From positions 1 to 32,062 of the forward strand of contig JBILDU010000028.1 in the NCBI GenBank assembly GCA_044352465.1: a stretch of 32,062 nucleotides of DNA. Direction: 5' to 3'. Source of the DNA: Bdellovibrionota bacterium (lineage in GTDB: Bacteria; Bdellovibrionota_C; UBA2361). The notes beneath the pieces were generated by a model that did no database searches, was not told where the DNA came from, and saw only the letters and a list, made by a program, of their open reading frames with translations. Shown here one piece after another: positions 1 to 8,511 of this stretch (position 1 is the stretch's first letter; each line of letters opens with the position of its first letter). The position numbers were made by a program, and so were the translations under genes.

Positions 1-1
1 C

Positions 2-169
2 CACCCTGTGATGGTGCTCGCCATCTTAACTATCAGCGAGCACTTCTTTGGTATTTGGGGATTACTCCTCGGTTGCCCCATCATGGTGTACATCATCCGC
101 TTCGTGATCTTCGACGATGGTATACCGGGAGTGATCGAACCAATTCGGAGGAAACCTGCGCATGCGTAG
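2..169 (+). CDS. AI-2E family transporter, C-terminal fragment (5' end outside window)
   Basis: Translated by hand and not in the ORF track: HPVMVLAILTISEHFFGIWGLLLGCPIMVYIIRFVIFD...AHA*. Matches the HP-hydrophobic...FG.WG.L...P C-terminal signature of AI-2E/PerM proteins. Its end overlaps the start of the next gene. Confidence 0.75.
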   Translation, partial: HPVMVLAILTISEHFFGIWGLLLGCPIMVYIIRFVIFDDGIPGVIEPIRRKPAHA

Positions 170-731
170 CTCGAGACGACGGAGGCTGGTCGAAGCGTTA
201 TTTCTCTTCACCGTGGGGATGAATATGTCGGGTTGTATCGGCGCAGGAGCTAATTCACCGATGATTCCCCAAGGTTCAGGCAGTTTTCCGGTCGTTGAGG
301 GGATAAACCTGCACGGTCGGACGATCGCTATCCCCCGTGAGCTCGAAGGCGAGCGCCGCATCGTGGTCGTGGCGTTCGAGCAACGTCAGCAACCGGACGT
401 CGACACCTGGATTCGCGGGCTTGAAGAGGATCTTAAAAATGACTCAGGATTGAAGCTCTACGAACTCCCCGTGATTTACGAGGGCAGTGCGACGTTCCGA
501 TTCTGGGTGAATAACGGCATGCGCTCCGGGATTACCGACGCTACGGCGAGGGGTCGCACCATTACGGTCTATACCGATCGCGATAAATTCTACGCGACCC
601 TCGGGGTTAAACAGGATTCGATTACCACCTTCATTCTCGATCGTGAAGGTCGAATCACGTGGCGCGCCGATGGCCCCGTAACCTCCGACCTGCTCGCGGG
701 ACTACGCGCAGCGCTACGAGCAGGTGCGTGA
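162..731 (+). CDS. Putative lipoprotein, ATP10-like / thioredoxin-fold protein without CxxC
   Basis: Basic N-terminus and hydrophobic stretch ending in a lipobox-like MSGC. Motifs IVVVAF..QQ..VDTW, LYELPVI, GMRSGI and FILDREGRITWRADG resemble bacterial ATP10-like proteins. Confidence 0.6.
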   Translation: MRSSRRRRLVEALFLFTVGMNMSGCIGAGANSPMIPQGSGSFPVVEGINLHGRTIAIPRELEGERRIVVVAFEQRQQPDVDTWIRGLEEDLKNDSGLKLYELPVIYEGSATFRFWVNNGMRSGITDATARGRTITVYTDRDKFYATLGVKQDSITTFILDREGRITWRADGPVTSDLLAGLRAALRAGA

Positions 732-735
732 GACT

Positions 736-1470
736 CTACGCGGCCTCGAGCTCATCAAGTTGTTGCGCACAATGCTCGTGATAGCCGGCGCGTCGCAGGA
801 TCGAACTCGCTGGTGATATATGAGCGAGGGACTCAGCGGTAAACTCAGGATAAAACTCATCCATACGGCTCGAGACCAACGTACAAAGAGCGGCGAGTGG
901 CACCCCCCCCTCTCGAAAAGCCTGGGCATGGCGAACGAATTCTGTGAGGAGGAGCTCAAGTAACTCTTCAATAAAGCCGGGCTCACCGAGACGGTTCACG
1001 ACTCCGGGGGCAGCCATGACGGCCCGCAGCGCTTCGATGATACGCCGCAGCTCCGGCGATGCCCGCAGGAGCCGCTTCAGCAGGTGATGATTACGCCACA
1101 CCTCCCGCTCAAGCGCCCTATCAGCCACCGCTCCCGACGCCGCCTGCGCGACTTGAATCCGGCTTGCCTCGATCTTTTGGGCAGCTGTGCGCATCGCTCG
1201 GGCGATAAAACGCCACGCTGATGAATCGTGTTGCGGGTCCTCGAACGCTTCAAACACCGCCGCAGCGCACGCCGGGGTCTCAGGAAATATTGAGATAAGA
1301 TTTGTGGCGCGCGTGCGATGAGCCTGACGAAGATGGGCGAGGAGGGTGGCTTCTTCGACCGAGCGGGGCGTGCCGGTATTGGCCCCCTCAAGCGTCTCTC
1401 CGACCGCAACGGTGGATGAATGCGGCGGAGCTTTCACCGACTGCGTCTCAAGCTGATTTTTTTCTTTCAT
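736..1470 (-). CDS. Hypothetical protein, probably all-helical
   Basis: Long ORF filling the gap between two + strand genes. The start at MKEKNQLE (1470) is preferred over 1506, but this is uncertain. Confidence 0.6.
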   Translation of the reverse strand: MKEKNQLETQSVKAPPHSSTVAVGETLEGANTGTPRSVEEATLLAHLRQAHRTRATNLISIFPETPACAAAVFEAFEDPQHDSSAWRFIARAMRTAAQKIEASRIQVAQAASGAVADRALEREVWRNHHLLKRLLRASPELRRIIEALRAVMAAPGVVNRLGEPGFIEELLELLLTEFVRHAQAFREGGVPLAALCTLVSSRMDEFYPEFTAESLAHISPASSILRRAGYHEHCAQQLDELEAA

Positions 1471-1645
1471 GGGGCAACCACCGAGAGCAAACCTCTTTCC
1501 TCTCATGGTAGCGCTTCTTCAAACCTTACCCAAATCGATTTTCACTTGCAAAACCACACACTTACACCAAGAGCGGCGATCATACCAGCGCGCGCGACCG
1601 TCCGCGACACTGACTCGCACAACCGTATCCTTGAGGGCCCCGGGT

Positions 1646-2683
1646 ATGTCGGTATCGATCGTTGTTCCGCTGTTTAACAAAGAGCGCACCGTGGAGCGAG
1701 CACTCCGTTCAATCGTGGCGCAGAGCTACAACGACTTCGAGGTGATCGTCGTCGATGATGGATCGACCGATCGAAGTGTGGAGTTCGCCCAGCGGGTGAA
1801 GGATCAGCGGATTCGGATAATCTCCACGCCGAATCGCGGGCCCGGAGCGGCAAGAAATCGCGGGGTCGCGGAGTCGCGCGGGGAGATCGTGGCGTTCCTC
1901 GACAGCGACGATGAGTGGCTTCCCCACTACCTTACCCACGCCCTCACCACGCTCGAGCGCCACGGTTCCGCCACCGGGGCAGCCGTGGTGGGGTACGAAC
2001 TTTTTCCTCAAGCTTCATCAACCGAGATGATGTGGCGGCGACGTGGGTTGCAGAACGGCGCCTTCGTCGTTAGCCCCACGACCCCGCCTGAAGTCGTCAT
2101 CGCGCTTGTTGCCTTCATGTCCCCATGGAATACGGTGGTACGGCGCGCCGTGTTTGAACGGTGGGGGGGCTTTTGCGCCACACCCGGAGTTCGGTACGCC
2201 GAGGACTCGCACCTTTGGTTCAAGCTCGTCATGAATACGACTATCGGGGTGAGCCTCACTCCCCCATGTACCCGGTACCACACCGAGGACTCCGAACTGG
2301 TGCCCCAACGGAACGGTCCCCGTCCGATCGAACCGTACCTTCTCGATCCCAGACCACTCTTCGCCGTGTGTCCCCCCGATCGCAGCCCTCTCTTGCAAGA
2401 AGTTCTGGCGCGACGCGCCCTCAAAACGGCTTGCATGTTGGGCTACTGGGGGCGGTGGCGCGAGGCCCGCCACCTCATGCGCTCGTTTCGTGCTCCACAG
2501 CGACACCGCTCCAGACTCTATCTCCCCGCGCATCTCGCGGCGACTCCACTCGCGCTCCCCGCTGGCGCTACTATACGCGCGGCGCGGCGCCTCATCACAC
2601 GACCTCTTCCGCCGCAACGCGCAGGGCTCTCTCGAGCGCCTCGAAGAAGCGGCGATACGGCTCCGGGTCAACAATCGGGGTGA
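1646..2683 (+). CDS. Glycosyltransferase family 2
   Basis: MSVSIVVPLFNK, EVIVVDDGSTD, NRGPGAARNRG, AFLDSDDEW (DxD) and AED motifs. Start moved to ATG 1646, where the GT2 domain begins. Confidence 0.93.
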   Translation: MSVSIVVPLFNKERTVERALRSIVAQSYNDFEVIVVDDGSTDRSVEFAQRVKDQRIRIISTPNRGPGAARNRGVAESRGEIVAFLDSDDEWLPHYLTHALTTLERHGSATGAAVVGYELFPQASSTEMMWRRRGLQNGAFVVSPTTPPEVVIALVAFMSPWNTVVRRAVFERWGGFCATPGVRYAEDSHLWFKLVMNTTIGVSLTPPCTRYHTEDSELVPQRNGPRPIEPYLLDPRPLFAVCPPDRSPLLQEVLARRALKTACMLGYWGRWREARHLMRSFRAPQRHRSRLYLPAHLAATPLALPAGATIRAARRLITRPLPPQRAGLSRAPRRSGDTAPGQQSG

Positions 2684-3023
2684 TGTTGTGCTGGGCGTTG
2701 GCACGGACGAGCATCTGCGCCGTCCCCTTCGGGAAAACCGTCACCGTCATCCGAATGACATACCCATCGAGGTTAAGCCCGCTGATAGAGCCGAGCGCCT
2801 CATCAGCCTTATCGACTGCGAAGCCCAGATCCTGCATCGTCTGAATCACGGTCCGCATCGTTCGATTCTTGTCAGGTGTGTCGAAGGTACGTGACTGGAT
2901 CTGACGTAAAGTATGTTGCACTTGCGGCCCGTCAAACACCTCCGCGTTTCTCGGGGCACACCCGCCCACCAACATAACAAGGAGAAGGCCACCAAACAGT
3001 CGTTGCAACATCGGATGCTCCAT
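2595..3023 (-). CDS. Putative lipoprotein (paralog of 3027..3563)
   Basis: Signal peptide with lipobox LVGGC. The core RQIQSRTFDT...QTMQDLGF.VD.AD..LG.I is shared with the upstream gene. Confidence 0.75.
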   Translation of the reverse strand: MEHPMLQRLFGGLLLVMLVGGCAPRNAEVFDGPQVQHTLRQIQSRTFDTPDKNRTMRTVIQTMQDLGFAVDKADEALGSISGLNLDGYVIRMTVTVFPKGTAQMLVRANAQHNITPIVDPEPYRRFFEALERALRVAAEEVV

Positions 3024-3026
3024 CGA

Positions 3027-3563
3027 TCAAAGCTCGTGTGCCCGCAGAAAGACAGCTTTCTGGAGCTTCGTAAAGTAGGCGGAATAAATGGCCGGGTCAT
3101 CGAGCGCCTCAACGTGGGAGACCTGATTTTGATCGTCGTAGACGACTCTTTGAAACATCACCCGGACGAGGATATTGCCTTTCAAGCTTGGGCGGGTCAC
3201 CAACGAGGCGGTGATATTTTGGATGCGATCAACCGACATATCCACTCCCGTGATAGCTCCGAGCACAAACGCACCGATCCGCTGGGCATTATCGGTCGCA
3301 TCGCGGGTTTTCGATGCCGCCACAAGGCCGAGGTTCGTCTCGCTCGTGTCGATGTTAAAACCCAAATCTTGGAGGACACCAGCACCAGCTTGTAACAGCC
3401 TCAATTCGTCGGTCGTCTCGAACCGGCGTGTCTGTCGAGCACGCACGCCGGCCGACTGGCGCTCGATACGCACAGCCTCCTCCGGAATACGGGGGGTTGC
3501 GAACGCCTGGTCGAGTGCGCAGAGGCATAAAAGAAGAATCGCCCTGAAAAGTGTTCGCCGCAT
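3027..3563 (-). CDS. Secreted hypothetical protein (paralog of 2595..3023)
   Basis: GAGAGAGG RBS before MRRTLFRAILLL...AFA signal peptide. Core RARQTRRFET...VLQDLGFNID.SE..LGLV. Ends 3 nt before the start of the next gene. Confidence 0.75.
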   Translation of the reverse strand: MRRTLFRAILLLCLCALDQAFATPRIPEEAVRIERQSAGVRARQTRRFETTDELRLLQAGAGVLQDLGFNIDTSETNLGLVAASKTRDATDNAQRIGAFVLGAITGVDMSVDRIQNITASLVTRPSLKGNILVRVMFQRVVYDDQNQVSHVEALDDPAIYSAYFTKLQKAVFLRAHEL

Positions 3564-3672
3564 GGTACCCTCTCTCATTTTCGGTAACCGTTCACGTATC
3601 TGCCTTACCCTCATCTATAGCCTGTGAGGAAAATAACGCCACAGTTTGGTGTCGCCGTATCATCCTTATCGG

Positions 3673-4524
3673 CTATGGGTTTAGGCCGACGAGCTTCTCG
3701 GAGGTGGCCGCAGGTCGCACGCCGCTATACACGACTACCCCCATAGGAATCTCAAGCCCACCAACGTGCTGCCACGGGTCAAGCCGGCGATCGACAGCCG
3801 CGCGAATCGCTTGGAGCTGCGCCTCACTCTGCGCTCGAAGTATCGCTCCGGTGCGCGCCGTGCCGTGCACGAAGGTATCAAAAAAAGCAGCCTTACTCGG
3901 CAGACTCCAGGTGAGCTCGTGGCTCTCAGACCGTACGTTCGTAAATCCTGCGGCTCTGAGACCTGCCTCCCCTACCGCAGGCTCCCCATATTTGAAAAAC
4001 GGTGGACCAGCGGGAAGTGCGACGTTTGGATCACCCGCCTCTTTAATCGATGCTAAGATAACCTCGAATCCACGCGATCGCTCTGGGGATTGCCATGCCG
4101 TAAAGACATACCGACCACCAGGGCGCAGAACCCGATAGGCTTCTCGAAATGCCCGCTCGGGATCGGACAGGTGCAGCACCCCAAGATTCATCGCGACGGC
4201 ATCGAAGCTCCCCTCAGGGAACGGTAGCGCGAGCGCATCGCCCGAGCGAAAATCGATCAGCGGAGATAACTGCCGGGCGACCACGAGCATCGATTCAGCA
4301 AAATCGAGACCAACAGGATGAGCGCCCCGGTGAGCGGCACCGGCAGCGAGCGCACCGGGGCCACACGCCACATCGAGGAGGCGTGTCCCGCGCTCAACTC
4401 GTAAAAGGTTCAAAAGCTGTGGAATAAGTACATCAGTCAGGGGGGCGAAACCACGTCGATACGCGTCCGCCGCGCCCTCCCATGCGGCATGTTCAAAACG
4501 ATCAAATTCAGCGGAGGACTTCAT
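3673..4524 (-). CDS. Class I SAM-dependent methyltransferase (UbiE-like / Methyltransf_11)
   Basis: LLDVACGPG motif I, GLDFAESML, GDALALPFPEGSFDAV and RVLRPGGRY. Likely start MKSSAEFDRFE at 4524. Confidence 0.9.
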   Translation of the reverse strand: MKSSAEFDRFEHAAWEGAADAYRRGFAPLTDVLIPQLLNLLRVERGTRLLDVACGPGALAAGAAHRGAHPVGLDFAESMLVVARQLSPLIDFRSGDALALPFPEGSFDAVAMNLGVLHLSDPERAFREAYRVLRPGGRYVFTAWQSPERSRGFEVILASIKEAGDPNVALPAGPPFFKYGEPAVGEAGLRAAGFTNVRSESHELTWSLPSKAAFFDTFVHGTARTGAILRAQSEAQLQAIRAAVDRRLDPWQHVGGLEIPMGVVVYSGVRPAATSEKLVGLNP

Positions 4525-4673
4525 ATCTCTCAGAAGGGGATACGCCATCCCGGCGCTCACCGCAACATGCCTCACAATCACCGCGCTTAAAGGCTCTTTT
4601 CTGAGCCTCTTCCATCAGACCTTTTCGTCGCCTGCCCATCTGTTAAGGGCTGAGGCTGTGATATACACCCTCT

Positions 4674-6209
4674 ATGAGCGGCGGAACCTCACCTGAATCA
4701 CCCTTCCCGAATGAACGCGTATCGTCCATCGAAGGACTCGACCTTTCCCTGCCCCGGCACCACCGTACCACCACCCAATTGGCCGTCACGCTTCTGTCAA
4801 AAGTGGAGGCGATCATCGGTCTGGTTGAACGAGCCGAGATCGAATACGGCCGGGAGCTGCGCGCTGTCCATCCCTCATTTCAGGCGAGCGCGCGGAACCT
4901 CATTCACTTTGATGCCCTCGCAAAACTCGACCTCACCGAGCTCAAACACGAGCTCAGGACCATCGGGCTTAATGGAGATATCACCGCACCTTTTGCTGTT
5001 TTGCCGACTTTACGATCAGTCCGCGATGTCCTTCAGATTATCTCGGGTCAGGAGATCGATCCGTCTCGTCTCGGTATCGAGCGAGAGGATATCGGCCGAC
5101 TTGAGAATCTCGCCGTTAAACACGCCGAACTGGGGCTCGGCCCAGCCCCGCAACTTCACCCAACTCGGGTGATGGTGAGTTCACACGGCGAGCTCGCGCG
5201 CGACTTCACCAAAGTGAAAGCGCTCGTCGAGGCGGGGATGAATATTCTAAGAATTAACTGCGCCCATGGAAACGCCGACGAATGGCGCCAAACCGCGCAA
5301 CTGGCGCGCCGAGCTGCGAACGAATGTGGCAAGCACCTGCGCATCATCTGCGATCTCGCCGGTCCCAAAGTTCGCACAGGGCCGCTCGAACACGACGAGC
5401 CGATCATTCTCCGGGTTGACGACACAATTCATGTGAAGGCCGCTGCGATATTAGGTCGAAATAAGGCGTGCCTCCCCGACGGAACGCCTCATTCTCCTGC
5501 GCAGGTGAGCTGCACCCTTCCCGAGGCCTTGAAGGTGGTGTCCGTTGGTGACCGAGTTCTGTTCGATGATGGCAACATCTCCGGTGTCGTTGAGGCGTGC
5601 GACGGAACAAGCGCCGCGGTACGGATCACCTATGTCCTGAACGACCACCACCCCCTCCTCGCAAAGAAAGGGATTAATTTCCCCGATACGGTGCTCAAAG
5701 TTCCCGCCCTTTCGGCTACGGACCGGGCCGCGCTCGCAACGGTGGTTGAAATCGCGGATATGGTAGCGCTCTCGTTCACCCGTTCAGCAGAGGATATCGC
5801 AGATCTTGAGACGGAGCTTACTCGCCTTCATGGACAACATCTCACGGTGGTCCTCAAGCCTGAAACTCCTCAGGCGATCGCGGATCTTCCCCGGCTTATT
5901 CTCGCCGCGATGCAGAGCCCGCCGATAGCTATTATGATTCCCCGCGGCGATCTGGCGGTGGAGCTCGGCTACGACAAGCTATCTCCAGCCCAAGAGAGGA
6001 TCTTAACCTACGGCGAGGCGGCACATATCGGGGTCATCTGGGCGACGCAGGTCTTGGAGAAACTCACCACGCTGGGAGTGCCTGCGCGCGCCGAAGTCAC
6101 TGACGTTATCGCAGGCTCACGCGCTGATTGCATCATGCTGCCGTACGGCCCCCACGTCGTGAAGACCGTAAAATTTATCGATAAGATCCTCCCCCACACG
6201 AACCGGTGA
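4674..6209 (+). CDS. pyk: Pyruvate kinase family protein (N-terminal extension, no C-terminal alpha/beta domain)
   Basis: GMNILRINCAHG, DLAGPKVRTG, VLFDDG, KGINFPD, LSF, RGDLAVE, WATQVLE and RAEVTD motifs. Confidence 0.85.
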   Translation: MSGGTSPESPFPNERVSSIEGLDLSLPRHHRTTTQLAVTLLSKVEAIIGLVERAEIEYGRELRAVHPSFQASARNLIHFDALAKLDLTELKHELRTIGLNGDITAPFAVLPTLRSVRDVLQIISGQEIDPSRLGIEREDIGRLENLAVKHAELGLGPAPQLHPTRVMVSSHGELARDFTKVKALVEAGMNILRINCAHGNADEWRQTAQLARRAANECGKHLRIICDLAGPKVRTGPLEHDEPIILRVDDTIHVKAAAILGRNKACLPDGTPHSPAQVSCTLPEALKVVSVGDRVLFDDGNISGVVEACDGTSAAVRITYVLNDHHPLLAKKGINFPDTVLKVPALSATDRAALATVVEIADMVALSFTRSAEDIADLETELTRLHGQHLTVVLKPETPQAIADLPRLILAAMQSPPIAIMIPRGDLAVELGYDKLSPAQERILTYGEAAHIGVIWATQVLEKLTTLGVPARAEVTDVIAGSRADCIMLPYGPHVVKTVKFIDKILPHTNR

Positions 6210-6302
6210 GCGGACGAGGGACGGCTGAATCACGTGCGCCGGAATGCGCGACCGCGAAATCATCACCTGCGTCATTAAAACCCGCCGCGTCAAGGACAGC
6301 GG

Positions 6303-6797
6303 TCAATTCATCGAGACGAGGTACTTGAGCACTGGTCGGTCAAACACCGTCGAGAAAACAACGCTCTGCATGAAAACCGACTCCCCAAACCCAGCATCTT
6401 TGATATTTTTGGAGATGAGGCTGGAGACCTCCTGCATGATCGCGTCGAACTCTTTCTTGTCCTTCACCGCGATGTCGTCGGTCTGAGTTTCGTAGGTTGC
6501 GTTGAAGCGATCAGCGTACTTTTCAACGATCTGATTTGAAAGATTCATCACCATCTCGCTGTGGGCGTAGCTCCCGATAGCGATCAGATGGGAGTCGAAA
6601 CCGGGACGTTTCTTCTCGATGTAGTTATGCACCCGGGCCTCATCTTTTCCGAGCATCACCTCACGGAGGTCCTTCACGAAACGCTCCGCTGGGTCGCCTC
6701 GTCGCACCTCACGCTTTAAAAAATTCTTGAGCGCAGCATTGATATTCCCTGCCCGCTTTAACGAACCAACTACATCCTCTGTCGTAAATGAAAACAC
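6303..6797 (-). CDS. Hypothetical protein
   Basis: ORF with normal protein-like composition. A strong GAGGAG RBS lies 5 nt before GTG 6797 (the ORF track start at 6803 overlaps the RBS). Confidence 0.7.
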   Translation of the reverse strand: MFSFTTEDVVGSLKRAGNINAALKNFLKREVRRGDPAERFVKDLREVMLGKDEARVHNYIEKKRPGFDSHLIAIGSYAHSEMVMNLSNQIVEKYADRFNATYETQTDDIAVKDKKEFDAIMQEVSSLISKNIKDAGFGESVFMQSVVFSTVFDRPVLKYLVSMN

Positions 6798-6876
6798 AGG
6801 CACTCCTCTCGTTCAGTCGATAACCGCCACTATCACCCGGTCGGCGCCCCGAATTTATACCGTAAAGAGCGGGTTC

Positions 6877-6957
6877 GGGGAAGGTTTTCACCTCGGGTTG
6901 ATTGCCCCCTCGACCTGGAAAACGGTATAGTGCGCGGCTCGGGTGAAGGTTTTAACC
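6877..6957 (+). promoter_or_regulatory. Candidate sigma70 promoter flanked by two near-palindromic operators (GGTGAA-N4-TTCACC)
   Basis: GGGGAAggttTTCACC at 6877-6892 and GGTGAAggttTTAACC at 6942-6957. TTGCCC (6902-6907)-N18-TATAGT (6926-6931) lies between them. Confidence 0.5.
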
Positions 6958-6980
6958 CCCTTCCCCTGGATAGTGTTTGT

Positions 6981-8456
6981 ATGTCCAACCTGATCCCCCC
7001 TACCCTGACCACGGCGGAGCCGAGCGACGACCAGTCGAGTGAGGAGTTCGGAAAGCCTTCGGCTGGCTTCTCCATCACGGTGCGACTCCGCATCGAGAAT
7101 CAACCGGGCAATTTCGCGCGGGTAACCGAAGCGCTCGCTCGGGAAAAGGCATCGCTCGGCGAGATGGCGCTCCTCTCAAGCGACTTTCGCTATACCTTCC
7201 GCGAAATCACGATCCTCTGTCGCAACGAGGGCCATGCGACGAGCTGCATCGAGGCGATGGGTGAGATCCCCGGAGTGGGGCTTCTCGAGGCCTTCGACGA
7301 CACCTTTGAGGTTCACCGCGCGGGGAAGATCACCGTCGAGAGTCGCTCACCGATTCGGAAACGCGATGACCTCTCCCGGGCCTATACGCCCGGAGTAGCC
7401 CGGGTGTGTTTGGCGATCGCTCAGCGACCGGAACTGGCTTTCGACTATACTATTCGCGGCAACACGGTAGCCGTTGTCACCGACGGCAGCGCGGTCCTAG
7501 GGCTCGGAAATATCGGTCCCAAAGGGGCGCTTCCCGTCATGGAGGGGAAGGCGATGCTGTTTCGGGAGTTCTCTGGACTCAACGCATTTCCGATCTGTCT
7601 CGATACCCAAGACCCCGCCGAGATAATCAAAGCGGTTAAAAATATAGCTCCCGGGTTCGGTGGAATCAACCTTGAGGATATCAGTGCTCCGCGCTGTTTC
7701 GAGATCGAGGAGCGGCTTCGGCGCGAACTCGACATCCCGGTATTCCACGACGATCAGCATGGGACAGCGGTCGTCGTGCTGGCGGGGCTGATGAACGCAG
7801 TGAAGATCGTGGGAAAACAGCTCGAGAGTTTAAAGGTTGTGGTCAATGGCTTCGGTGCGGGGGGAGTCGCCTGCACCAAGATCCTGCTCAGTGCGGGAGT
7901 AAAGCACATCATCGCCTGCGACACCGCCGGTACGGTTTACCAAGGGCGTACCGAACGGATGAATCCGGTCAAAGAGTCGCTCGTCGGTATCACCAACCCT
8001 GAAAATCTCAAGGGGACGGTCGCCGATGCTCTGCGGGGAGCGGATGTGTTTATTGGGGTATCCTCGCCCGGTGCCATCACCCGCGAGATGGTGCAATCGA
8101 TGGCGCAGGATCCGATCGTCTTTGCGCTCGCGAACCCAACCCCCGAGATTATGCCGGACCAGATAAAAGGAATCGCGCGAGTTATCGCCACGGGACGCTC
8201 GGATTACGCCAACCAAGTCAACAACGCCCTGTGTTTTCCGGGGATTTTTAAGGGTGCGCTCCAATGCCGCGCCCGCGACATCTCGGATGGAATGAAGGTC
8301 GCCGCCGCACATGCTATCGCTGAATTCGTACCGGCTGAGAAGCTCTGTGAGGATTTCATCATCCCGGGCATATTTGAGCGCTCAGTCGTTGACCGAGTCG
8401 CTGCTCGGGTGCAGGAGCAAGCGATAAAAGAGGGCCTCGCTCGCATCACGCCGTAG
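6981..8456 (+). CDS. NAD(P)-dependent malic enzyme with N-terminal ACT domain
   Basis: AYTPGVA, VTDGSAVLGLGNIG, PVMEGKA, GGINLEDI, FHDDQHGTA, NGFGAGG, FALANP and NQVNNALCFPGIFKG. N-terminal ENQPGNFARV is ACT-like. Confidence 0.95.
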   Translation: MSNLIPPTLTTAEPSDDQSSEEFGKPSAGFSITVRLRIENQPGNFARVTEALAREKASLGEMALLSSDFRYTFREITILCRNEGHATSCIEAMGEIPGVGLLEAFDDTFEVHRAGKITVESRSPIRKRDDLSRAYTPGVARVCLAIAQRPELAFDYTIRGNTVAVVTDGSAVLGLGNIGPKGALPVMEGKAMLFREFSGLNAFPICLDTQDPAEIIKAVKNIAPGFGGINLEDISAPRCFEIEERLRRELDIPVFHDDQHGTAVVVLAGLMNAVKIVGKQLESLKVVVNGFGAGGVACTKILLSAGVKHIIACDTAGTVYQGRTERMNPVKESLVGITNPENLKGTVADALRGADVFIGVSSPGAITREMVQSMAQDPIVFALANPTPEIMPDQIKGIARVIATGRSDYANQVNNALCFPGIFKGALQCRARDISDGMKVAAAHAIAEFVPAEKLCEDFIIPGIFERSVVDRVAARVQEQAIKEGLARITP

Positions 8457-8511
8457 GAACGTGCGCTTTTTCCTTCCCCCTGAGCGCGGCTACTCGTAGA
8501 ATTGGGGATCG

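Noticed and set aside
1469..1645. N-terminal extension of the GT2 ORF
   Set aside because: The GT2 domain starts at ATG 1646, and the extension covers the divergent promoter region.
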